Part shown: piece after piece, positions 17,742-25,633 of the stretch | How the letters are laid out: the number at the start of each line of letters is the position of its first letter | How positions within the stretch are numbered: the first letter of the stretch is position 1 | Origin: an uncultured Chloroflexia bacterium | GTDB lineage: Bacteria > Chloroflexota > Limnocylindria > Limnocylindrales > CSP1-4 | Assembly: GCA_963824735.1 (NCBI GenBank) | Contig: CAWGQH010000014.1 | Coordinates: forward strand, 74,853-138,852 | Reading direction: 5' to 3' | Length of the DNA: 64,000 nt | Made by a program: the position numbers and the translations under genes | Notes under the pieces: model-generated | The model's database searches: none | What the model was told of the DNA's origin: nothing | Seen by the model: only the letters and a program-made list of their open reading frames with translations

Positions 17742-18503
17742 ATGCCTGACAATTCCACCCCCCGATCCCGTCGTGCCCTGCTTGCGGCCGCCGCGGGAGG
17801 GGCAGCGGCCCTGGCCGCACAAGCGGCCCTGCCACTTACCGCCATGGCGGCTGATCCGAACGACGTCGTGCTTGGGGCCGCCAACGCATCGACGGCGACC
17901 ACCTCGATCGCCAATTCGACAAACGGCAGCGACGCCTTTGCCGCGACGTCTAATGGGCTTGGCATCGGTGTGTCCGCCACCAGCGGCGGGTCCGCCGGTG
18001 TCAAGGGCATCAGCATCGACGGAACCAGCGCTGCCACCGCGGACCTCACCTCGTACACCGGCGTGTACGGCTGGTCGCCCGCGTTCCCCGACAGCACCGG
18101 CGTGGGGACCGGCGTGTGGGGTGACAGCGAGGACTTCGGTGTCTACGGCAGCGGCTCGGTCGGCGTGTACGGCTGGGGCAGCGTCGGCGTCATCGCCGAG
18201 TCGGACAGCACGTCAAGCCCGGCCCTCATCGCCTACGGCGCCACGGAGAGCAGCCCGGCGCTCGAGGTCAACGGCAAGATGAAGTTCAACCGGGCGGGTC
18301 GCAAGACGATCGGCGCGGGCAAGTCGACCCTTGTCGTCACGATGGCCGGCGTCACGACCACGAGCAAGGTCCTCGCGGTCCTCAACAGCAACCGCTCGAG
18401 TCGCTACGTCCGGGCGGTGGTTCCGTCGACCGGCAAGTTCACGATCTACCTGAACTCGTCGGTCAGCTCGTCCACCTACGTCGCCTACTTCGTGTACGAC
18501 TGA
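17742..18503 (+). CDS. Tat-signal secreted Gly/Ser/Thr-rich repeat protein
   Basis: AGGAAGG RBS then ATG 17742. Twin-arginine motif SRRALLAAAAGGAAALAA. Repeated G(V/I)(Y/W)G units (GVYGWSP, GVWGD, GVYGSG, GVYGWG). Beta-rich C-terminal domain. Confidence 0.7.
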   Translation: MPDNSTPRSRRALLAAAAGGAAALAAQAALPLTAMAADPNDVVLGAANASTATTSIANSTNGSDAFAATSNGLGIGVSATSGGSAGVKGISIDGTSAATADLTSYTGVYGWSPAFPDSTGVGTGVWGDSEDFGVYGSGSVGVYGWGSVGVIAESDSTSSPALIAYGATESSPALEVNGKMKFNRAGRKTIGAGKSTLVVTMAGVTTTSKVLAVLNSNRSSRYVRAVVPSTGKFTIYLNSSVSSSTYVAYFVYD

Positions 18504-18504
18504 G

Positions 18505-18723
18505 ATGGACGACACGAAGCTCACAGCGATGCGCGCTGCCGCGGCCGCACGAGGCGCCCGAGGCATCGAGCGCGCCTCGACGGCCCCCGTAGAGAACGTC
18601 CTCAGGGCCGGCAGCTCGCGACGCGGCGATCGGTCGAACCGCAGCATCCGCTCGGTTGAGGCAGTGCTGCGCAAGGGCGGTCGCTCCGGTGCGCACCGGA
18701 AGCTGGACGCCGTAGCGGAGTAA
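18505..18723 (+). CDS. small basic hypothetical protein (72 aa)
   Basis: ATG lies 1 nt after the preceding stop. Moderate coding-like third-position GC. Lies upstream of the shared terminator. No domain. Confidence 0.35.
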   Translation: MDDTKLTAMRAAAAARGARGIERASTAPVENVLRAGSSRRGDRSNRSIRSVEAVLRKGGRSGAHRKLDAVAE

Positions 18724-18751
18724 GCCGGGACCGGCATTCGGGCCCGCTGGA

Positions 18752-18785
18752 CGCCGGGAGCTGCGAGGCTCCCGGCGTTTCGATT
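18752..18785. terminator. putative bidirectional terminator between convergent genes
   Basis: CGCCGGGAGC 18752-18761, loop TGCGAG, GCTCCCGGCG 18768-18777, then TTTCGATT. Confidence 0.55.
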
Positions 18786-18792
18786 CCGCCCG

Positions 18793-20124
18793 TCAGACTC
18801 CCAGGATCGCCTTCGCGATGAGGAAATAGATCACGAGGCCGCTGGTGTCGACGATCGTCGTGATGAACGGCGCGGACAGCACGGCCGGGTCGAGGCCGAG
18901 GCGGCCCGCGAGCAGCGGCAGCAACGAGCCGACGGTCGAGGCGAACGTGCAGATCGTGGCCACGGAGAGCGACACGACCGCGCCCATCTGCGTTCCGAAG
19001 AGGAGCGACACGGGGACGAATGCGATCAGGCCCAGCCCGACGCCGAGCATCAGGCCGACGCGCGCTTCGCGGAGGACGACCCGCGGCAGGTCCTCGAAGC
19101 GGACTTCGCCGACGGCCAGCGCGCGCACGACGGTGGTCGCCGACTGCGCCCCGGTGTTGCCGCCCGTGCCGATGAGCAGCGGGATGAACAGCGACAGCGT
19201 CACGACCGTCTCGAGCGCCAGCTGGAAGTAGTCGAGCACGCTGACCGTCAGGCTGGCCGCGACGATGAGCAGGAGCAGCCACACGATCCGCGTCCGGGCC
19301 AGGCGGAACACCGACACGGAGAAGTACGGCCGTCCGACCGGCTCCGAACCGCCGGACCGGGCGATGTCCTCGGTCTCCTCCTCCTCGAGGACCTCGATCG
19401 CGTCGTCGACGGTGACGATGCCGACGAGCCGGTTCTCGGTGTCGACGATCGGCAGCGCGAGCAGGTCGGCCTCGCCGATGAGGCGGGCCACGACCTCCTG
19501 GTCGTCGTCGACCCGCGCCGAGTAGACCTCGGCCTCGGTCTCCATGAGGTCGCCGATCCGCTGGTCGGGCTCCGCCATCACCACGTCGCGCAGCCCGATC
19601 GCACCGATCAGGTGGCGCTGGTCGTCGGTGACCGGCAGGGCGTAGACGGTCTCGGCGCTGCTCCCCGCCTGGCGCACCTTGTCGAGCGCCTGCTCGGCGC
19701 TCATGCCGGCCCGCAGGCTGACGTACTCCGGCGACATGATCCGGCCGGCCGTGTCCTCGGGGTAGCCGAGCAACGTGGCGGTGAGCACGCGCTCCCAGGG
19801 GCTCAGCCCGGCCAGGAGACGGCGTGCGACCTTGGCCGGCATCTCGTCGACGAGTCGTGCCCGGTCGTCGGGGTCCATCGCCTCGAACAGCTGGACGACG
19901 CGCTCGTCCCGCAGGCTGTCGAGCAACGCCTGCTGGTCGGCCGGGTCGAGCGCCTCGAAGACCTCGATGGCGCGGTCCTTCGCGAGCAGCCGGAAGGGAA
20001 CGGCGCGCTGCTCGGGATCGAGGCGCGCCAGCTCTTCGGCGATCTCGACCGTGTTCAGTTCGTTGAGCCGGTCGTTCAGGCGCTCGATGTCGCCGCTCTC
20101 GACGAGCTCCTCAAGGGTCGGCAT
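18793..20124 (-). CDS. mgtE: magnesium transporter MgtE
   Basis: 443 aa with N-domain, tandem CBS and TM domain. GTGGNTGAQS motif. Confidence 0.95.
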   Translation of the reverse strand: MPTLEELVESGDIERLNDRLNELNTVEIAEELARLDPEQRAVPFRLLAKDRAIEVFEALDPADQQALLDSLRDERVVQLFEAMDPDDRARLVDEMPAKVARRLLAGLSPWERVLTATLLGYPEDTAGRIMSPEYVSLRAGMSAEQALDKVRQAGSSAETVYALPVTDDQRHLIGAIGLRDVVMAEPDQRIGDLMETEAEVYSARVDDDQEVVARLIGEADLLALPIVDTENRLVGIVTVDDAIEVLEEEETEDIARSGGSEPVGRPYFSVSVFRLARTRIVWLLLLIVAASLTVSVLDYFQLALETVVTLSLFIPLLIGTGGNTGAQSATTVVRALAVGEVRFEDLPRVVLREARVGLMLGVGLGLIAFVPVSLLFGTQMGAVVSLSVATICTFASTVGSLLPLLAGRLGLDPAVLSAPFITTIVDTSGLVIYFLIAKAILGV

Positions 20125-20215
20125 GGGACTGTTCCGTCGGCAGCGGCGCCAGGCGCCGGGGAGGGATGCCGCGCGGGCGGCCCCGCGAATGATAGGCGGC
20201 GCGGCGCCCGTCAGG

Positions 20216-21625
20216 TCAGCGTGCGGGTGCCGGCGCCACGTTCTGGTTGCGGCGGAACACGTTGTCGGGGTCGTACTCCCGCTTGAGCTCGGCCAGCCGG
20301 TCGTAGGTGGGACCGAAGCTGTCGCGGATCATTGAGGTTCCTTCCTCGAGCATGCCCGGGAAGTTGAGGTAGGTGCCGCCGGTCGCCTCGGATGCCACGG
20401 ACGCGAGGACGTCTCGGGCCCACGCAATGTTGGCGTCGTCGTCGGCCGGATGCTCCCAGTTGGCCTCGGGGCTCAGGAGGTAGCCGGGATCGCGCGGCCC
20501 GAACCCGGTCGCCTCCGCCGGCACGGCGCTCATCTGCCCGCCGTTCAGCCACAGGTCGATCGTCGAGTGGCCCGACGGGGCGGCCTCCATCCGGCCGACG
20601 AGCGCGTCGATCGCGGCGTCGCTCAGCGCCGGCAGCCGCGTGGACTTCCAGTAGTAGCGATGGCCGGCCGGATAGTCGGCGTCGAAGACGGTCTGTGCCT
20701 CGATGTAGGGCATCGTCCCGCTGAAGTCCACGAGCGGTGTTCCCAGCTCGCGGAGCGGCCGGAGCGCGGTCATCCCCTGGTCCGGCGGGCCCGCGAACAT
20801 GCCGAGGACCGCCGCGAACGGGGCGCCGTGGAGCGACGTGTCGAAGGCGTCGAGCGGCGGGATGTGCCCGAGCACCGCGATCGTGCTGATGTCGCCGGCC
20901 GGGTCCGCGGCCACGAACTGCTCGTGCCCGCGCAGCACGTCGTGCGCGGCCGCGAGCGGGTAGAGGACGTTCGCGAAGGCCACCTCCGGCCCGATCGGGT
21001 GGAGGCGGAACTCGAAGGTCGTCACGACCCCGAAGTTCCCGCCGCCGCCACGCAGGCCCCACAGCAGCTCGGGTCGCTGGGTTGCGCTCGTCCAGACGAT
21101 GCGCCCGTCGGCGAGCACCACCTCGGCGCCGATCATGTTGTCGGCGCTCAGCCCGTGCCGGCGTCGCAGCCAGCCCATGCCGCCGCCGAGCGTGAGGCCA
21201 CCGATCCCGGTATCGCTGACGACGCCGCCCGGCGTCGCGAGTCCGAACGGTTGGGTGGCCGCGTCGAGCTGGCCCCAGGTGACGCCGCCACCGACCGTGG
21301 CGGTGCGGCGGATCGGATCGACCTCGATCCCGTGGATCGAGGACAGGTCGATGACGAGGCCGTCGTCGACGTTCGCGAGGCCGGCGACATTGTGGCCGCC
21401 CCCGCGAACGGCGATGGGCAGGTTGCGCTCGCGCGCGAAGCGGATCGCCGTGGCCACGTCGATGGCGGTGCTGGGGCGGACGATCAGCGCCGGGCGGGGA
21501 TCGATCATGCCGTTCCAGATACGGCGGGCCTGGTCGTACTCGGGGTCGGCCGGCTCCGTGACGGTGCCGGTGATGAGCGCGCGCAGCGCTCCGGCCGCAT
21601 CGCCTGCGGTCGGTGTGAAGGTCAT
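20216..21625 (-). CDS. FAD-binding oxidoreductase (VAO/PCMH fold with BBE-like C-terminus)
   Basis: ATG 21625. ...AIRFARERNLPIAVRGGGHNVAG... FAD-binding pattern. C-terminal YDRLAELKREYDPDNVFRRNQNV is typical of BBE-like proteins. Confidence 0.85.
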   Translation of the reverse strand: MTFTPTAGDAAGALRALITGTVTEPADPEYDQARRIWNGMIDPRPALIVRPSTAIDVATAIRFARERNLPIAVRGGGHNVAGLANVDDGLVIDLSSIHGIEVDPIRRTATVGGGVTWGQLDAATQPFGLATPGGVVSDTGIGGLTLGGGMGWLRRRHGLSADNMIGAEVVLADGRIVWTSATQRPELLWGLRGGGGNFGVVTTFEFRLHPIGPEVAFANVLYPLAAAHDVLRGHEQFVAADPAGDISTIAVLGHIPPLDAFDTSLHGAPFAAVLGMFAGPPDQGMTALRPLRELGTPLVDFSGTMPYIEAQTVFDADYPAGHRYYWKSTRLPALSDAAIDALVGRMEAAPSGHSTIDLWLNGGQMSAVPAEATGFGPRDPGYLLSPEANWEHPADDDANIAWARDVLASVASEATGGTYLNFPGMLEEGTSMIRDSFGPTYDRLAELKREYDPDNVFRRNQNVAPAPAR

Positions 21626-21795
21626 GGTGTGGGGGCTTCCTCTCTGAGGGTGAAACGGGACGACGGCCGGCCGGATACAGGCGGGGCCGTCCATTGAACT
21701 TCGGGCGAGTAACGCATGTCCATGGACAAACGCCAATCACAAAAGTGACAAACGCAGCCAGTCTGTGCCGGAAGACGCGCTTCAAGCCTTGCGGT

Positions 21796-21912
21796 TCCGA
21801 AATCGGACAGCGAGGGAAGTCAGTGTCGCCTGCCCGCGGATTCCGAAATCGGACTCCGAAATCGGCATGGTCGGCCGGAGCGGACTGACTTCGCCAACCG
21901 TCCGAAATCGGA
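21796..21912 (+). repeat. 117-nt quadripartite palindromic element, copy A
   Basis: Cores TCCGAAATCGGA at 21796, 21842 and 21901, and TCCGAAATCGGC at 21855 (spacing 46/13/46). Spacer pairing GAAGTCAGT 21816-21824 / ACTGACTTC 21884-21892. Confidence 0.85.
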
Positions 21913-21940
21913 CGCGGCGAGCCCACCAGCCCAGGCTCGA

Positions 21941-21969
21941 TTGACGCTCCAGCCTGGCGCCCGTAGACT
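21941..21969 (+). promoter_or_regulatory. candidate sigma-70-type promoter of the Rrf2-sufCS operon (near-leaderless)
   Basis: TTGACG 21941-21946, 17-nt spacer, TAGACT 21964-21969. ATG 21983 is only 13 nt downstream of the -10 box. Confidence 0.3.
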
Positions 21970-21982
21970 CAATCCCGACGAA

Positions 21983-22510
21983 ATGACTCGGAATTCCACG
22001 CTCCTCCCCACGCATCGGCCTGCCTTCCACGGAAGCGGCGCCCTCGCCTTCTCGACCAAGGGCGAGTACGGCGTCCGGCTCATGGTCCAGCTCGGCCGGC
22101 ACTACGGCAGCGGCCCGGCGTCGCTCGCCGAGATCGCCGCCGAAGAGGACCTCCCGCGGGCCTATCTCGAGCAGCTCGTGACGAGCCTCCGGGATGCCGG
22201 GCTCGTAGTCAGCACGCGCGGTGCGCGTGGCGGCTACGAATTGTCGCGACCACCGATCGAGATCGGGATGGGCCAGGTCCTGCGCGCCCTCGAGGGCCCG
22301 ATCGCGCCGATGTTCTGCGCATCGGACGACCCCGAGCACGCCCTGATCTGCGATCGCTCGTCGCGCTGCACGGTGAACCTGCTCTGGGTCCGTGTCCGCG
22401 ACGCAGTGACGAACGCGGTCGATTCGATGACCCTGGCCGATCTCGTGCCGCTCCCCGGCACGCCGGCCGTGACGACCCCCGCACTGACTGGAGCCGTGAC
22501 CCCCTCGTGA
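21983..22510 (+). CDS. Rrf2 family transcriptional regulator with a three-Cys putative Fe-S site
   Basis: FSTKGEYGVRLMVQL...LPRAYLEQLVTSLRDAGLVVSTRGARGGYEL wHTH. Cys cluster FCASDDPEHALICDRSSRC. Start uncertain (ATG 21983 or TTG 21941). Confidence 0.85.
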   Translation: MTRNSTLLPTHRPAFHGSGALAFSTKGEYGVRLMVQLGRHYGSGPASLAEIAAEEDLPRAYLEQLVTSLRDAGLVVSTRGARGGYELSRPPIEIGMGQVLRALEGPIAPMFCASDDPEHALICDRSSRCTVNLLWVRVRDAVTNAVDSMTLADLVPLPGTPAVTTPALTGAVTPS

Positions 22511-23403
22511 CCGAACAAGAACTCGTCATCCGCGGCCTGCGCGTCGCGCCAGTCGGCGACCCCACCAATGAGATCCTGCAGGGCATCGACCTCGCCGTCG
22601 GCAAGGGCCAGGTCCACGCGATCATGGGCCCGAACGGTTCGGGCAAGACGACCCTCGCCTACGCATTGATGGGTCACCCCGCCTACAAGGTGACCGGCGG
22701 CGAGATCTCGTTCAAGGGCCGCGACGTCCTCGCGCTGTCACCCGACAAGCGGTCGCGCCTCGGGCTCTTCCTCGCCTTCCAGTACCCGACCGCGATCCCC
22801 GGCCTGAGCGTCGCGTCGTTCATCCGTTCGGCGCTCAACGCCAAGCTCCAGGGCGTCGACAAGACGACCGACGTCGACCCGACCGACCCGATGCGTGGCG
22901 GCATCTCGATGCGCGACTTCCGCACGAAGATGCGCGAGAAGATGGCCCTCCTGCGCATGGACGAGGGCTTCGCCAGCCGCTACGTCAACGAGGGCTTCTC
23001 GGGCGGTGAGAAGAAGCGCCTCGAGATGCTCCAGCTGGCCATGCTCGAACCCGAGATCGCGATCCTCGACGAGACCGATTCGGGCCTCGACATCGACGCC
23101 CTGCGGATCGTCGCCGAGGGCGTCAACGCGATGCTCAGTCCAGACATCGGCGTGCTCCTGATCACGCACTACCAGCGGCTGCTCAACTACATCACGCCCG
23201 ACGTCGTCCACGTCCTCGCCCAGGGCCGGATCGTGAAGAGCGGCGGCAAGGAGCTGGCGCTCGAGCTCGAGGAGTTCGGCTACGGGCCGATCCTGCGCGA
23301 GGCCGGCCTGTCCATCGACGCGCCGGACGAGGCGCTTCACGTGCCGCAGTCCCCCGACGAGGAGCCGGTCGAAGTGGGCGGCCCGGCCGGCGGCCGCGGA
23401 TGA
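22507..23403 (+). CDS. sufC: Fe-S cluster assembly ATPase SufC (with ~40-aa C-terminal extension)
   Basis: GPNGSGKTT Walker A, FSGGEKKRLEMLQL signature, LDETDSGLD Walker B. Confidence 0.95.
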   Translation: MTEQELVIRGLRVAPVGDPTNEILQGIDLAVGKGQVHAIMGPNGSGKTTLAYALMGHPAYKVTGGEISFKGRDVLALSPDKRSRLGLFLAFQYPTAIPGLSVASFIRSALNAKLQGVDKTTDVDPTDPMRGGISMRDFRTKMREKMALLRMDEGFASRYVNEGFSGGEKKRLEMLQLAMLEPEIAILDETDSGLDIDALRIVAEGVNAMLSPDIGVLLITHYQRLLNYITPDVVHVLAQGRIVKSGGKELALELEEFGYGPILREAGLSIDAPDEALHVPQSPDEEPVEVGGPAGGRG

Positions 23404-24653
23404 CGCTGACCTCGGAGCCGGCGAAGGCGATCGACCCGCAGGTGCTGCGGGCCGACTTCCCGATCCTGCGCACGACGGTCCACGGCAAGCCGCTGATCTA
23501 CCTCGACTCGGCGTCGACGAGCCAGAAGCCGCAGGTCGTCATCGACGCCGTCGACGAGTTCTACCGCGAGTACAACGCGAACGTGCATCGCGGGATCTAC
23601 GAGATCGGCGAGCGCTCGACCGCCGCCTACGAGAAAGCGCGCGCGCAGATCGCCCGGTTCATCGGCGCGTCGGACGCGCACGAGGTCGTCTTCACGCGCA
23701 ACGCCACCGAGGCGATCAACCTCGTGGCCTATTCATGGGGCCGCAAGTCGATCGGCCGCGGCGACGTGATCGTGCTCACCGAGATGGAGCACCACGCGAA
23801 CCTCGTTCCGTGGCAGCTCCTCGTCCAGGAGAAGGACGGCGATCTCGAGTTCATCCCGATCACCGACGACGGCGTGCTGCGCCTCGACGTGTTCGAGGTG
23901 CTGCTCAGGCTCAAGCCGAAGCTCGTCGCGTTCACCCATGTCAGCAACACGCTCGGCACGATCAACCCGGTCGAGGAGCTGACGCGGATGGCCCACGACG
24001 CCGGGGCGCTCGTCCTCATCGACGGGGCGCAGGCCGTCCCCCACGTGCCGGTGGACGTCGAGGCGATCGGGGCCGACTTCTACGCGTTCTCCGGCCACAA
24101 GATGCTTGCCCCGACCGGCTCGGGCGTCCTGTGGGCGCGCCGCGAGCTGCTCGAGTCGATGCCGCCGTTCCTGGCGGGCGGCGAGATGATCCGCGAGGTC
24201 CACCTCCGCCGGTCCGAATGGAACGACATTCCGTGGAAGTTCGAGGCGGGCACGCCGGACGTGGCCGCGGCCATCGGCCTGGGTGCTGCTGCGGACTATC
24301 TTCGCGGCCTCGGCATGGACTCGGTCCGCGAGCACGAGCGCGAGCTCGTTGGGTACGCGCTCGAGACGCTGGCCCGCGACGTGCCCGGCATCGAGCTGTA
24401 CGGTCCGCCCGCCGATCAGCGCGGCGGTGTCGTGCCGTTCAACCTGCCCGGGATCCATCCCCACGACGTGGCCCAGGTGCTCGACCGGTTCGGCATCGCT
24501 GTCCGTGCCGGACACCACTGCACGATGCCGCTCCACGAGCGGCTCGATCTCGCCGCCACGGCGCGCGCGAGCTTCAACGTGTACTCGACACGCGAGGACA
24601 TCGACGCGCTGACGAACGGACTCAAGGAAGTCCAGCGCGTCTTCGACGTCTAG
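23400..24653 (+). CDS. sufS: cysteine desulfurase SufS (group II)
   Basis: SGHKMLAPTGSGVLW (PLP Lys) and RAGHHCTMPL (active Cys). Start overlaps the sufC stop. Confidence 0.95.
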   Translation: MTLTSEPAKAIDPQVLRADFPILRTTVHGKPLIYLDSASTSQKPQVVIDAVDEFYREYNANVHRGIYEIGERSTAAYEKARAQIARFIGASDAHEVVFTRNATEAINLVAYSWGRKSIGRGDVIVLTEMEHHANLVPWQLLVQEKDGDLEFIPITDDGVLRLDVFEVLLRLKPKLVAFTHVSNTLGTINPVEELTRMAHDAGALVLIDGAQAVPHVPVDVEAIGADFYAFSGHKMLAPTGSGVLWARRELLESMPPFLAGGEMIREVHLRRSEWNDIPWKFEAGTPDVAAAIGLGAAADYLRGLGMDSVREHERELVGYALETLARDVPGIELYGPPADQRGGVVPFNLPGIHPHDVAQVLDRFGIAVRAGHHCTMPLHERLDLAATARASFNVYSTREDIDALTNGLKEVQRVFDV

Positions 24654-25606
24654 GTTCCGGCGAGCTGCTCCACGAGCGGCGCCAGCTGGGCGAGCTCGGG
24701 CTCGTCGTGCCAGCCGACGAGATACGAGTTGATGCCCCAGCGATCGCGCGAGCGGCGCAGCTTGTCGACCAGGCTCGGGATCGTGCCGATCATCGAGTAG
24801 GGCGACTCGATGATGTCGTCCGGTTCGATCTCCAGCCCCGTCGTCGCGCGATAGGCATCGGCGACGCGTTGGGCTGCCGCGCGGGCGTTCGGCGTGATCG
24901 AGATCGGCCCGACGAGCCGCAGCACGCTCAGGTCGAGCTGCTCGAACCGGGGCCCGGCCTCGTCGCGCACCCAGTCGACCCGCGTATCCATGCGCCGCGG
25001 CCACGCGTCGTGCAGTGACTCGCGGTCCTGGCGCAGATCGACCCCGACGATGTCGCCCTCGCGGGCGGCGATCCGGAGGACGCGTTCCTTCGTGCCGCCG
25101 ACAATGAACGGCGGGTGCGGTCGCTGGACGGGCTTCGGCTGGCCGTCCAGGTCGCTGATCGTGTAGTGGCGGCCCGCGAAGCTGAACGGCCCGTCGGCGA
25201 ACAGCCCGCGGAGGATGGCGATCGCCTCGGTCATCCGCTCGATGCGCACGCCGGGCGGGTCGAACTGCATGCCGATCGCCTTGTACTCGGGTTCGTTCCA
25301 GCCCGCCCCGATCCCGACGTCGAGCCGGCCGTCACTGATGACATCGAGCGTCGCGAGATCCTGGGCGACGACGGCTGGGTGGCGCAGGTCGTTGTTCAGC
25401 ACGAGCGGGCAGACGCGGAGTCGTTCGGTCGCGACCGCGGCGGCAGTAAGCATCGGGATCGCCGCAAGCTGCGGCTCCAGGTGGTCGTGGATGCAGAGAT
25501 GCGTGTAGCCGATGGATTCGACCGTGCGGGCATGCTCGACGAGCGTCGCCCCATCGACGACCTGGCGGAGTCCGGCGATCAGCTGGAACGGGCGTGGCAT
25601 GCGCAC
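24650..25606 (-). CDS. LLM class (luciferase-like) F420-dependent oxidoreductase
   Basis: 318 aa. ...LNNDLRHPAVVAQDLATLDVISDGRLDVGIGAGW... is typical of the LLM family. Confidence 0.85.
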   Translation of the reverse strand: MRMPRPFQLIAGLRQVVDGATLVEHARTVESIGYTHLCIHDHLEPQLAAIPMLTAAAVATERLRVCPLVLNNDLRHPAVVAQDLATLDVISDGRLDVGIGAGWNEPEYKAIGMQFDPPGVRIERMTEAIAILRGLFADGPFSFAGRHYTISDLDGQPKPVQRPHPPFIVGGTKERVLRIAAREGDIVGVDLRQDRESLHDAWPRRMDTRVDWVRDEAGPRFEQLDLSVLRLVGPISITPNARAAAQRVADAYRATTGLEIEPDDIIESPYSMIGTIPSLVDKLRRSRDRWGINSYLVGWHDEPELAQLAPLVEQLAGT

Positions 25607-25633
25607 ACGGTAGCCGGTTCGCGACTGCCGGTC

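Noticed and set aside
21796-21912. The element as a miniature CRISPR array (12-nt repeats separated by 34-nt spacers).
   Set aside because: The repeats are far too short. There are only four per locus, and the middle two are separated by 1 nt. The whole unit is a dyad with self-complementary spacers, and no cas genes are present.
21782-22339. ORFs that read through the elements and give recurring peptides (PISESDFGI, RFRNR).
   Set aside because: The recurring peptides are simply translations of the repeated core. The ORFs have no RBS or start context and overlap real genes or promoters.
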